Below, in pieces: positions 18,517 to 28,346 of a DNA stretch of 64,000 nucleotides. How positions within the stretch are numbered: the stretch's first letter is position 1; the number at the start of each line of letters is the position of its first letter. This DNA comes from a virus (Duplodnaviria > Caudoviricetes), in the IMG/VR virus record IMGVR_UViG_3300027845_000169, positions 1 to 64,000 of that record; one strand, written 5' to 3'. Made by a program: the position numbers and the translations under genes. Below the pieces are notes generated by a model, which saw only the letters and a list, made by a program, of their open reading frames with translations, did no database searches and had not been told where the DNA came from.

Positions 18517-20727
18517 ATGCTTGTGACGGCAGAAGTTAGTGGTAATACATACCCTTTTCGCCACATTCTCCAAAAGAGATTTGGACTTAAATGGAAGCGT
18601 AATCATGGAGTATTCTCTAAGCGAATGGAAAACTCCGGCAACAACCTTAGACGGCTGGCCGAATACTGTAATGAGTTCCGATTAACCCTACGAGTTAATG
18701 GAGCGGTAGCCGGTGGAGTGAGGGGAGAAGGTAGTAAGAATGGCGGGGCCATTGACGACTTTGACCTGTTCGTATTAGACATTGAAGGCAAGGAATCTCC
18801 CATTCCCGGAAAGTTAGGTGGGATGCCACCCGCTCCGGGTCCTTCGGAAGACGACCTAAAGTTTGCCGAGATAGCAGTTTGTCCCGATACTGTTCCCAGT
18901 TTTGATGTAACGCCTTGGTTTGAGGGAACTCGCTTCCCCGAGCCGAGGGATGAACAGGCTCAACTTCTCCCCTTAATAACGGAAGCACTACATGAGGGTT
19001 ATGAAAACATTATTGTGGAATGTCCTACTGGCAGCGGAAAGTCTGCCCTTGCCATGATGATTCCCAAGATGTTGGATAGTGATGCGTATATCAGCACTCA
19101 TTTGAAAGGGCTACAAGCACAGTATATGAGAGAAATGCCGTTCATGCGGAGCGTCATGGGACGGGCTAACTATACCTGCAATCTCCATGTTCCAGCAGGG
19201 TTAAGAAATGTTGAAGCGGCTGATACTGCGTTAGCACTACATGAAGACGGCCTTGAAGATACATCCATTACACCACCCAAGGCTAATCTTGCACCGTGCA
19301 GAACTTGTGGCCCTAAGTTTAAGTGTTCTTACAAACCACCTGCCAAAGAGGGTCGTTACGATTGGAAAGCAGACCCCGATAAGATGTGCGATTACTTCGC
19401 CGCACTAACCAATGCTCAACGAAGTCGCTTCTTTATTTCTAATAACTATTACCTTATGGGATTGGGTCAAGCGGGTGAGGCTATGTTGCCTACTCGGGAT
19501 TTATTGATTTGTGATGAAGCACATCATCTTCCCGATGCACTTACCAGTTTCTATGCAATGGATATTTCCATCCGTCATTTAGAAAGATTAATTGGCTTTC
19601 CTACCTTTGATGATACTACTAAGGCTGATGACAATAGTGTGGCTCGTCAAAGAACTCGTGCCTTGGAACCTTGGAGTCCTTCAACTAAAGATGCTTGGGG
19701 TTTTCCAAAAGTTCCATCCATCAAACCTAAAACTGAAAATCGTATTCGTGATATTGGGTCAAAAGTTTGGTTGGCTTACTTGGGGAAACTAAGACAGAAG
19801 ATTGCGGCCCGTATTGAAGCAGAAGAATACGAGGAAAAAGACCTATCGTTTGCTTACAATTATGTTCAAACTTTGTTGCATCTTGAAGTTTCTTTGGAAA
19901 ACAATCATGATAATTGGGTGTGGACTAAAGATGATGAAGACGACCCTATGTTTGTATCTTTCAAACCAATAGAAATTGGAGAGGATGCTGAATCTATGTT
20001 GTTGCGTTTAGGCCGTCAGCGAATCTTTATGTCGGCTACTATTCCTTCACCGGAAGTTTTCATGCGTGAATTAGGAATGAATAAAGAGAAAACTTTGTTC
20101 CTCAAAGTGGATTATTCATCCTTCCCTACTGGCAACCGTCCTATCATAACTACAATTAAGGGAGGTAAGATGAGTTACGGTGGGCGGAACGATGATGCGT
20201 TCACGGAAACTGCAAACGCCATTCTTCAAATTATGGACTTGCACGACCACGAAAAGGGAATTATACTTCCATATACTAACGAAATTGAAGAAAAGTTGTA
20301 TGATGAAATCAAAAGATTGGACCCCGATGCACACGATAGACTGATGACTCACACCAAAGAGGCTACGGATAGGGAAGAAGTCTTAGCCGAGTTTGAAATC
20401 TGTCCGGACCCTGCGGTATTATTATCCACTTATGTCAATCAAGGATACGATGGCAAACATTGTGGTTTCGCTATCATTGTCAAGATACCATTCCCACCCT
20501 TGGGTGATGTGAGGACTGTCAAAAAGATGGAAAGAGATGAAGATTGGTATAAGGCTGAAACAGCAGGTTCCTTAATTCAAATGTGTGGTAGGGTAGTCCG
20601 AAGTGTGGACGATACTGGGATTACTTACATAGTGGACCCGAGTTTTGACTTTCACTACAATAAGGGAATCAATAATCAACCTCTCAAGAACTATATGCCT
20701 TCCTATATTGACGAAGCCATAATGTGA
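18517..20727 (+). CDS. SF2 DNA helicase, XPD/Rad3/DinG family
   Basis: Q motif PRDEQ, CPTGSGKS, Cys cluster, DEAHH, MSAT, KIPFP, QMCGRVVRS. Confidence 0.9.
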   Translation: MLVTAEVSGNTYPFRHILQKRFGLKWKRNHGVFSKRMENSGNNLRRLAEYCNEFRLTLRVNGAVAGGVRGEGSKNGGAIDDFDLFVLDIEGKESPIPGKLGGMPPAPGPSEDDLKFAEIAVCPDTVPSFDVTPWFEGTRFPEPRDEQAQLLPLITEALHEGYENIIVECPTGSGKSALAMMIPKMLDSDAYISTHLKGLQAQYMREMPFMRSVMGRANYTCNLHVPAGLRNVEAADTALALHEDGLEDTSITPPKANLAPCRTCGPKFKCSYKPPAKEGRYDWKADPDKMCDYFAALTNAQRSRFFISNNYYLMGLGQAGEAMLPTRDLLICDEAHHLPDALTSFYAMDISIRHLERLIGFPTFDDTTKADDNSVARQRTRALEPWSPSTKDAWGFPKVPSIKPKTENRIRDIGSKVWLAYLGKLRQKIAARIEAEEYEEKDLSFAYNYVQTLLHLEVSLENNHDNWVWTKDDEDDPMFVSFKPIEIGEDAESMLLRLGRQRIFMSATIPSPEVFMRELGMNKEKTLFLKVDYSSFPTGNRPIITTIKGGKMSYGGRNDDAFTETANAILQIMDLHDHEKGIILPYTNEIEEKLYDEIKRLDPDAHDRLMTHTKEATDREEVLAEFEICPDPAVLLSTYVNQGYDGKHCGFAIIVKIPFPPLGDVRTVKKMERDEDWYKAETAGSLIQMCGRVVRSVDDTGITYIVDPSFDFHYNKGINNQPLKNYMPSYIDEAIM

Positions 20728-20760
20728 AGGTTCAAATAGGAGAAGGCAACTGGTGATAGT

Positions 20761-21330
20761 ATGGACCGAATCGCAATCTGTGGAGTTATGGCTTCCGGTA
20801 AAACATATCTTGCAGACGCACTCCATGAAGAGTTGGGTTATACGAAGTTTTCCTTGGCTACGGGAGTGAAAGACCTCGGACGAGATGTATTCTTGATGGA
20901 GGGGAAAGACCGAAAACTTCTCCAACAAATTGGGATGAAGATGCGACAAATTAATGCTGATGTATGGATTAATTTATTGATGCGAAAAGTCGTAACTGCA
21001 CAGAACGACCTCAAGGCTATGTTTGGCTCTCATTTAGATATGAGAGTAGTAGTGGATGATTGCCGTTTTGTAAATGAAGTAAGAGCCTTCAAAGAAGCGG
21101 GCTATACCCTAATTAGGATTCATATTGATGATGACCTTCAAATTAAAAGGCTCAAGAAAACCTATGGAAATAAAGCCGACCAACATATCAATAATCGGAA
21201 AGACGATAGCGAAGCCGAAATGGGATATATGAATGATGACTTGTTTGATTTAGTCGTTAATGCCTCCGATGAGCAAAGAGTAGTGGAGCAAGTATTAAAC
21301 TTTATCCGAACTAAGAATCCCAACGCTTAA
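20761..21330 (+). CDS. Deoxynucleoside monophosphate kinase-like P-loop protein
   Basis: GVMASGKT, RKLLQQIG, VVDDCRFVNE. Confidence 0.8.
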   Translation: MDRIAICGVMASGKTYLADALHEELGYTKFSLATGVKDLGRDVFLMEGKDRKLLQQIGMKMRQINADVWINLLMRKVVTAQNDLKAMFGSHLDMRVVVDDCRFVNEVRAFKEAGYTLIRIHIDDDLQIKRLKKTYGNKADQHINNRKDDSEAEMGYMNDDLFDLVVNASDEQRVVEQVLNFIRTKNPNA

Positions 21331-21356
21331 ATAGCAGTTAGGTCCTATATTCTAAC

Positions 21357-23480
21357 ATGGTTGAAGAAATCCAACTACTTAATCCTGATAATGGCCAAAT
21401 TAAGGCTGTCAAATACACAAAAGGTATGCAATTTGTTGCCCCTTGGATTCCAATACAAATAAGACAATTAAAAGGTTCAAAAGATAATGAAAAGGAACCT
21501 GTTAATGGAACTCTTTCGGGTGTTTCAAGATACTTAACTAATTTTTGGCCTAATCTTTACAACGATTACGATGCACTTTCCGAAAGGATGAATGTTATGG
21601 GTAGTCCAACAGAAATCACTATGTTTATGGCTGAATTAAGTTTGTTCTCAAACTTTGCTATCAGTTTTGTTAGCCCGAGTGAAGTTATCGTCAGTTATGA
21701 TACTAAAGCGGGAGTCGGTCAAGGCCCATATTCCACAACAGGAGTCCGTGAGATTGCTAAGGAAGATTTAATCCGTCAAGAAAAGGGACAAGGAAGTTCC
21801 GGCCTCCAAGGTTCCGGTGGCGGCGGCGGTAGTAGTCAAAGCCAAGGTCAAGGTCAAGGAGAAGGCGAAGGCGGAGGTCAAGGAGAAGGTGAAGGTTCCG
21901 GCGAAGGCGGAAGCGGAGAAGGCGGTCAAGGTGAAGGCTCCGGAGAGGGAGGTCAAGGCGAAGGTGAAGGACCGAGTTCCGGACAAACCCCTGCTGAAAG
22001 AGCGAGAGAAAAAGGCCGAGAAGCCGCAAAATTACAATCACAAGGTCAAGGTCAAGGTCAAGGAGGCCAAGGACAGGGACAAGGACAAGGTAGCGGAAGT
22101 GGCTCCGGAAGCGGTAGCGGTTCCGGTAGTGGTTCGGGTTCCGGTTCGGGAAGTGGAAGTGGAAGTGGAAGTGGAAGTGGAAGTGGAAGTGGTTCCGGTA
22201 GTGGGAGCGGTTCGGGCGAAGGTTCGGGCGAAGGCTCCGGTGAAGGTTCCGGAGAAGGTAGCGGTGAAGGTTCCGGTGAAGGTGAAGGTCAAGGAGAGGG
22301 ACAAGGCGAAGGCGGAGAAGGTGAAGGCGGTTCCGGTCAAGAAGGCGATTGCCAAGAATGCGCCGATGCCGCAGAAGCCGCCAAAGATTCAATTCAAGAT
22401 GGAGATTCCCCACAAGAGGCAATGGAAAAGGCTCAAGCAGCCGTGGACGCTGCCAAAGATGCAGGGGCAGCCGCCGATGCTAATAACGCTGGCGACCAAG
22501 AACAACTTGAAAGAGCCAAAGAAGCCGCTCAAGAAGCAATTGATAAGGCAGAAGCAATTAATCAAGAAGCACAAAAGAATGCCTCAAGTGAAGAAGAAGT
22601 TAGCCAAACCGAGTCTAACCAACAGGAAATTGAACAAATGCGAGAGGATGTGGACGGAATTGACGCATCTCAATCACCATTAGACAGACAAAGGGAAAAA
22701 GTTAGTGACTTAGCCGACCAAGCAGAACAAGCAGCCAGTAACATTCCCAAATCCCAGACTCAAGAAGAGGTAACCGAAAATAGAAAGGAAGCCGTGGATA
22801 AAGCAGTTGAATGTTATGAAAATGCTGATGTGGCCGACCCACCTCAAGCAGAAGATGTGGACCGTGCTAAGACTGCGGCCCAAGAAGCAGTTAGTATGGA
22901 CCCAAACATTAGTCCCGAAGAATTAGAAGAAATTACAGAACAATTGGACGCTATTCCATCACAAGAAGATGCACTACGAGAAGCCTTTGAAGAATCCGGA
23001 CTTCCCGAGGACTTGTTTGAAGAGTTCAAGGCTGGCTGGGATGATTTCATGGAAGGCTTGCGTAATCAACAAGATGGTGGAAATCTAAAAGTTAGGCCCA
23101 TTGACAAAGAGGACGGAAGAAAGACCGATGTAAGCCAATGGCTGAATCGTGGCGACTCAACAGCCTCTTATTATGTGGATGTGGGAACTGGAAAGATTGA
23201 ATTATTAGACAAAGCACCTCCTTATGGTAGTGATTTAGTTATGGTTGCACCATACAATACTGGTGATAAGGACCGTCAAGGCCAACCTTTGGTAGTTCCA
23301 ACAGTCATTCAAGGTGTAGGTGAGTGGTGGTATCAAACCGGAAACCGTAAAGAAGACCTCGTTTATGAGGATGGTAGCACACTTCGTATCAAAAATGGCA
23401 GTTTTTGGATGGATAATCCGGATGCAATGCGGTTCTTTGAAGTTGAGAAAGACGGTGATGACCTCATAGTGCGCTATTGA
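21357..23480 (+). CDS. Large protein with Gly/Ser/Glu/Gln low-complexity linker and acidic helical region
   Basis: 707-aa ORF; (GS)n, GEGS and GQG repeats; promoter at 21327. Confidence 0.75.
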   Translation: MVEEIQLLNPDNGQIKAVKYTKGMQFVAPWIPIQIRQLKGSKDNEKEPVNGTLSGVSRYLTNFWPNLYNDYDALSERMNVMGSPTEITMFMAELSLFSNFAISFVSPSEVIVSYDTKAGVGQGPYSTTGVREIAKEDLIRQEKGQGSSGLQGSGGGGGSSQSQGQGQGEGEGGGQGEGEGSGEGGSGEGGQGEGSGEGGQGEGEGPSSGQTPAERAREKGREAAKLQSQGQGQGQGGQGQGQGQGSGSGSGSGSGSGSGSGSGSGSGSGSGSGSGSGSGSGSGSGSGEGSGEGSGEGSGEGSGEGSGEGEGQGEGQGEGGEGEGGSGQEGDCQECADAAEAAKDSIQDGDSPQEAMEKAQAAVDAAKDAGAAADANNAGDQEQLERAKEAAQEAIDKAEAINQEAQKNASSEEEVSQTESNQQEIEQMREDVDGIDASQSPLDRQREKVSDLADQAEQAASNIPKSQTQEEVTENRKEAVDKAVECYENADVADPPQAEDVDRAKTAAQEAVSMDPNISPEELEEITEQLDAIPSQEDALREAFEESGLPEDLFEEFKAGWDDFMEGLRNQQDGGNLKVRPIDKEDGRKTDVSQWLNRGDSTASYYVDVGTGKIELLDKAPPYGSDLVMVAPYNTGDKDRQGQPLVVPTVIQGVGEWWYQTGNRKEDLVYEDGSTLRIKNGSFWMDNPDAMRFFEVEKDGDDLIVRY
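22149..22190 (+). repeat. Perfect tandem repeat (GGAAGT)x7 encoding Gly-Ser
   Basis: Read directly from sequence. Confidence 0.9.
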
Positions 23481-23517
23481 GGTAAGCATTAAGTAGTGGT
23501 TTCGTTAAATGTATGCT

Positions 23518-23778
23518 ATGCTACGGTGTTATGCTTGCGGTGGATTTCCTACCGAAGATGGAGATACTGAAAAGTTTGCTCACGCCGATTGGTGCGAGAA
23601 ACAAGATTGTCCCAATTGTAAGCAAGTATTTCGTGGTTATATCGGGGCGCAGAACTGTCCGTTTTGCTTAGACCCGAAAGGTAAAAAGCGATACGAGAAC
23701 GATGCAGGGGCTTTCGTGCCGTTATTAAACAGTAAAGGAAAGTCCAATTTGGACCAAGAAACAGGATTGGTGGCATGA
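23518..23778 (+). CDS. Small Cys-rich zinc-finger protein
   Basis: CYAC, HxxxC, CPNC, CPFC; TTAAGTAG at 23489, 29 nt upstream. Confidence 0.6.
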   Translation: MLRCYACGGFPTEDGDTEKFAHADWCEKQDCPNCKQVFRGYIGAQNCPFCLDPKGKKRYENDAGAFVPLLNSKGKSNLDQETGLVA

Positions 23779-24809
23779 TGAACCCTAATAAATACGCAAA
23801 GTGGCAATTAGAATGGGCTAAGTTCACCGATGATTCAGTTAAGAGAATCAAAGAATACTCGGACGATACTCACCTTGAGCGTGAATGGATGTGTTACATC
23901 TATGAACAAGACTATGGAATTATGGTTGCTGGTAAGTCAATGCCACATCTATACCGTGATGACAGCGGAAAGGAGCAAACATTCCGTAGCAAAGAAAGAG
24001 CAGAAGAATATATGGTGGGGCACGGAATTACCGGAGCCGTTACACCAGTTTATCAAATGGGGAATGTTTCATACGGTGATGAATCCCGCATTGAAGTTAA
24101 TCCGGAATCAAAATCAACCCAAGACAACGCAGTTCGTGGACTCAAAAAAGAAAATAAAAGATGGACTATCCACGGACACCCACTCAAAGACGGCAAGATT
24201 TACACAGGTCGTCAATACTTCTCATCCACAGATATTTTGGATGAATATGTGAATACAAGAGATACTAACTCACCAGTCGTTCAATTCGTAGTATTCCCAC
24301 ACGAACAAGTTGATACAAATACAGGTCGCAAAGTTTTGCACAACAGATGCAGGGTTCTTATATTCCCCGATAGTGCAACAATTCAAAAGGCTATGAAAGA
24401 AGCGTCACCAAATACGGACCCTATGGCAATCAGCCGTGAAAACGGATTCAATAAAAACCAAGCCGATGGAAGTTTGGCAAACGAAATTGGGGCTGACTGG
24501 TTCCAATTCCAAGAAGCCTTGGGTAAAATGGGTTATATGGGGATAGTTGATATTGAAGGAAAGAAAGCCGGTGGTAAGGGAGCAGAAGGCGGTTCCACAC
24601 ATCTTGATACTGAACAAAATGAGGGTATGGGAGAATCATTTGGAGCAGAAGGACAGACAGCACTATTAATGGATGCTTTGAAAGTTGGGGCTTTAGCAGT
24701 TTTCGCTTTCGTGGCGACATCCAAACTTATGGGACACATAAAAGCCTCCGAGAGCAATGTTATAGATAACATGAATGCGGAGGAGGGTCCACATTGGTGG
24801 CATCAGTAA
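23775..24809 (+). CDS. Membrane-anchored protein with JAB/MPN-like metal motif
   Basis: ERE...IHGHP...FSSTD; C-terminal TM helix preceded by FGAE. Confidence 0.55.
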   Translation: MMNPNKYAKWQLEWAKFTDDSVKRIKEYSDDTHLEREWMCYIYEQDYGIMVAGKSMPHLYRDDSGKEQTFRSKERAEEYMVGHGITGAVTPVYQMGNVSYGDESRIEVNPESKSTQDNAVRGLKKENKRWTIHGHPLKDGKIYTGRQYFSSTDILDEYVNTRDTNSPVVQFVVFPHEQVDTNTGRKVLHNRCRVLIFPDSATIQKAMKEASPNTDPMAISRENGFNKNQADGSLANEIGADWFQFQEALGKMGYMGIVDIEGKKAGGKGAEGGSTHLDTEQNEGMGESFGAEGQTALLMDALKVGALAVFAFVATSKLMGHIKASESNVIDNMNAEEGPHWWHQ

Positions 24810-25795
24810 ATCTTATACAACCACGGGTGCGTGAAGGCACATCCGTCATGGGTATTGTAGGGAACTTAGACGAAGCCACAATTTATTGTGTGAAAGATGG
24901 GACTTACGAATGGGACGAGATAGCCTTTGAAGCAGATACCATCGGTCCGTATATTGGTAAGGGAATCGGCGGTATGGTTTTCCGATTGAAAGATGAAGAG
25001 GACCAATTCATTAACAAAGTTTTGAAAATAGTAAAACTTTTGCCAAGTGATATGACATTCGTGGAGTATGCAGAACAGCAGCCTATCGGATTACACCAAA
25101 AGGCTTGGGAATCTTTAGTCGGTTCCAAAGTTTTGGCTATGAATCAGTTTCAAGCAGACTTGATGACTACCTTGGCAGCCATTAACAAGGGTATTTACCC
25201 ACAAAGTTCCAAGACCCCTAAAGTTCCAAAGGCGTTACCTATTGTGTATTCATGTGCTCAAGGTGAAATGAATGAAGCCTTTAGAGAGAAAGTGTTTGAA
25301 GCCGAAAGGAATCATCCTTTTGATAAACAGTCGTTCCAACTTTTCCAAGATAACTTCCCCGTAGGAACACACATTGCTTACTGGATAATGGAATACATAC
25401 CTTGCACGGAAGAATCCGACCCTCCCTTCTGTGGTTTTGCCCCGTCAGCGGAAAATAGACCCAAGACAGCCCCCGAACTGGCAGCAGACCCAAGATTCCG
25501 AAAAGAACAGAAAGGTTATCAAGATGTTAGCAAGTTCCTATATGATATGGGCTGGGTCGTAAGAGATACAATTAATCCGGGAAACTTTGGATACCGTAAA
25601 GATGGGAGCGTAGTATTCTTTGATTTGTTCGTTATTCCGTGGCCTCCAAGTCGTATGGATGGTGAATTGAGGCAGATGGCACACTCGCTCATAGGCAAAC
25701 AAGACATTATAGATTACCGAAACAGTATCAAAAACGGCCATTATTTCAATAGACGCTCTCAATCGGGTGGATATAGTGCTGAAAACAGCCGTTAG
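24794..25795 (+). CDS. Protein kinase-like protein
   Basis: IGKGIGGMVF (Gly loop), VLKI, IMEYI, DTINPGNFG, VFFD. Confidence 0.7.
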   Translation: MVASVNLIQPRVREGTSVMGIVGNLDEATIYCVKDGTYEWDEIAFEADTIGPYIGKGIGGMVFRLKDEEDQFINKVLKIVKLLPSDMTFVEYAEQQPIGLHQKAWESLVGSKVLAMNQFQADLMTTLAAINKGIYPQSSKTPKVPKALPIVYSCAQGEMNEAFREKVFEAERNHPFDKQSFQLFQDNFPVGTHIAYWIMEYIPCTEESDPPFCGFAPSAENRPKTAPELAADPRFRKEQKGYQDVSKFLYDMGWVVRDTINPGNFGYRKDGSVVFFDLFVIPWPPSRMDGELRQMAHSLIGKQDIIDYRNSIKNGHYFNRRSQSGGYSAENSR

Positions 25796-25884
25796 GGTAT
25801 CCATTATTTATGAAGTGCGATAGTTTAAGTAGGTTATCACCACCATGAGATATTACCCCGCAATGAGGCGGACTAATAAACGAG

Positions 25885-26337
25885 ATGATTAAGATGGCAA
25901 AAAACGATATAGAAAACTTTTTAGCAGAACTAAGTGAACAGAATGAGGCAAGGGCAGCCGACAGTAAGCCTACCTTCGTTGAGCGTGATACGCTTAAGGC
26001 GGAGTTTGATGTGCTTTACAAAGGCTACATTATGGAAGGCTTTACACCCGGTATTGAAGGCAACTACGGTATTAACACCGCAGTCCGTTGCATCAACCCC
26101 GAAGATGGACGAAGAATGACTCTTTGGCTATCCGGTTACACTTGTGAACACTTTGAAAGCGTAGTAAATGCGGTTCAAAACGATGGCAAGACTTTCCCAA
26201 TGACTATGGATTTCCTACTTCATAAGAAAGAATCTTCCGGTGGACGCACATACAACCGCTTCTCCGCACTTGTGCGTGAGTGTGGTGACGATGTTACCAT
26301 CCCAGCGGTTCCAGAAGACCAACTACAAGACAACTGA
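25885..26337 (+). CDS. Hypothetical protein, possible ssDNA-binding protein
   Basis: Beta-rich 150 aa with acidic tail and GRTYNRF, next to the helicase; function inferred. Confidence 0.5.
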   Translation: MIKMAKNDIENFLAELSEQNEARAADSKPTFVERDTLKAEFDVLYKGYIMEGFTPGIEGNYGINTAVRCINPEDGRRMTLWLSGYTCEHFESVVNAVQNDGKTFPMTMDFLLHKKESSGGRTYNRFSALVRECGDDVTIPAVPEDQLQDN

Positions 26338-26613
26338 TTAGGTTTCATTACCTAAACTGACACACTCCCGCTTCGGTGGGTGAGGACTAAGAGGCTTGAG
26401 CGAAAGCAATGACAGTTTCCCTCCCCGCCGGAGAGGTTGATACGATTCCTAACGGGTTCATCTCGTTGGGGTTCGCCTCCGGCCTTCCGGGGGCGTGGTG
26501 ACATTTAATGTTAGCGTAGTGATTCTTCCGTCCTATCACTTCTAAGTGGACTTAAACTAAGCCCACCTTTTGATTTATGCTATCAGTTACTACGCCGCCG
26601 GTTGTGCCACCGG
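26338..26613 (+). ncRNA. Candidate structured non-coding RNA
   Basis: Nested stems with G-U pairs (GGCGTGGTGAC 26492 / GTTACTACGCC 26586), C(UUCG)G and GC(GAAA)GC tetraloops. Confidence 0.45.
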
Positions 26614-26654
26614 ATTAAGTGATGTTAAGTAAGTAATGGTGATATGGTGTTGAT

Positions 26655-28346
26655 ATGGTCGCAGACATTCCGAAGGATATAACTACCTTCGCCCAAGATT
26701 GTGTTAGCGGCAAGCACACCAACAGACCCTATACTGACCGAAGCGTTTCTATTGAAGGTGCATACTATTCCCAAGTTACGGGTGAGTATGTTACTGGAAC
26801 AGGCATTTGTCTAAAGTTAGAAAGTGGACCACTTACAAAGAAAGAAGCCCGCAAGGTGGGACTAAAGTTTGCCATTTCCGATGGTAACTTCCAAGTCAAT
26901 TGTATGGCTCATAATGGAGCCACAGTTACATTACCGGCGAGTAAATCTTCGGAAGAGATGACACACATTCTTAAGACCGTTACTGATTCAATTCGTAATG
27001 GAAACAAAGTCGCATTTAGTGGTGCATTCATCACTCATAATCGTGACCTTGTATTCGTCATTGATAGTATAGCACCGTTGAAAAATATGCAACATAGTCA
27101 AATGACTGATGTGCAACTTGACGAGTTCCTTGCACTTTGTAAGGCTAACAAAACTAACCCACTTGAGTTAATGATGAGGGATGATACCCTTTGGTCGGAG
27201 TTATTCGCCCGTGATTATCTCAAGAAGGCTATCCTTCTTTATTGTCTATCGCCCCTGCGTAAGCAAGACATGATGCACATTGGTATTGTATCATCAGTCG
27301 GCGAAGGGAAAGACCACTTGATTGAAAGAGTCATTGAACCTTTAGTTCCAGTAGGTGTAGCATCCAGCGGAAAACTATGCACAATCCCCGGATTGTTTGG
27401 AGCCATGAGTGGTGAAGACATCAACTCCATTGAGTTAGGTTTGATACCTAAACACAACAATGAAAGATTAGCAGTTTCCGAGTTTCAAACTTGGGATGAT
27501 GAAGTATTCGGAGAATTGATGAATACGATGGCTAATGGATATTTCACCATGCAGAAGGGACAGGTTGATACCCGCCGTGATGCCAAAGCGAATATGTTAT
27601 TCCTTGGAAATCCCCCGCACTATTGGGATGAAGAAGCCGGACACGAAGGTAAAGATATGCTTCAAGCGTTCGGACAATACACAACCCAAATCATGAGTCG
27701 CTTAACACTCATCTTTACTCAAATGTCTTTGGCCGGAGATGATGCCAAGGATAAGATTAGAGAGAACATCATGAGGACGATGGATGGCCAGTTCTCTAAT
27801 GGAGGTTCGGAAGAAGCGGCCAAACTTTGGAGAGCATTCTTCCGTGAGTATTTGAGAAAAGTTAGCGACAGTAACCCTACAATCGGAAAGTTAGCCGGAA
27901 TCATTAACAGCACTTATGACGAAATTGAGGAAAGGCCACAATTCAAATCTGCCTTCTTACTTCGTAGTAACAATGATTACAGAAAATACCAAGAGTTCAC
28001 GAACCTAATCAAAGGTTTCGCCAAACTTTCCGGTTCTAAGAAAATAACTGTAAAACATTTGATGCTGGCAAGACAAATCTTTGAAGAAAGTCTAATCACA
28101 CTTATTGATGAGTTCCCAACTACTGCTATGAACATGGGAGTGGACTATGAATTACTCACCTGCCTTGAGTTAGCAAAAACTTCGGGACGAATGTTTGATA
28201 ATGCCAGTCAATTGAAACGGGCTGGCGACATGACACAACAACAATTAGACACGCTGGTTCATGTAGGAGCCATTGCCGAAATGTCCGGTGGAGAGTATCT
28301 CATAAATGAGGATTTTGATATGAATGGTTTGGAGGAATCACCATGA
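26655..28346 (+). CDS. mcm: Divergent MCM-like AAA+ helicase
   Basis: HIGIVSSVGEGKD (Walker A-like), TIPGLFG, IELGLIP, LAVSEF (Walker B-like), LFLGNP, IMSRL. Confidence 0.65.
   Translation: MVADIPKDITTFAQDCVSGKHTNRPYTDRSVSIEGAYYSQVTGEYVTGTGICLKLESGPLTKKEARKVGLKFAISDGNFQVNCMAHNGATVTLPASKSSEEMTHILKTVTDSIRNGNKVAFSGAFITHNRDLVFVIDSIAPLKNMQHSQMTDVQLDEFLALCKANKTNPLELMMRDDTLWSELFARDYLKKAILLYCLSPLRKQDMMHIGIVSSVGEGKDHLIERVIEPLVPVGVASSGKLCTIPGLFGAMSGEDINSIELGLIPKHNNERLAVSEFQTWDDEVFGELMNTMANGYFTMQKGQVDTRRDAKANMLFLGNPPHYWDEEAGHEGKDMLQAFGQYTTQIMSRLTLIFTQMSLAGDDAKDKIRENIMRTMDGQFSNGGSEEAAKLWRAFFREYLRKVSDSNPTIGKLAGIINSTYDEIEERPQFKSAFLLRSNNDYRKYQEFTNLIKGFAKLSGSKKITVKHLMLARQIFEESLITLIDEFPTTAMNMGVDYELLTCLELAKTSGRMFDNASQLKRAGDMTQQQLDTLVHVGAIAEMSGGEYLINEDFDMNGLEESP

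Noticed and set aside
21757-22683. Overlapping ORFs with VKVK/HFHF/TSTS repeats
   Set aside because: Frame and antisense shadows of the Gly/Ser-rich region of 21357-23480
26380-26410. Hammerhead ribozyme (CTAAGAG...GAAA)
   Set aside because: The core does not match CUGANGA and the flanking stems are not evident
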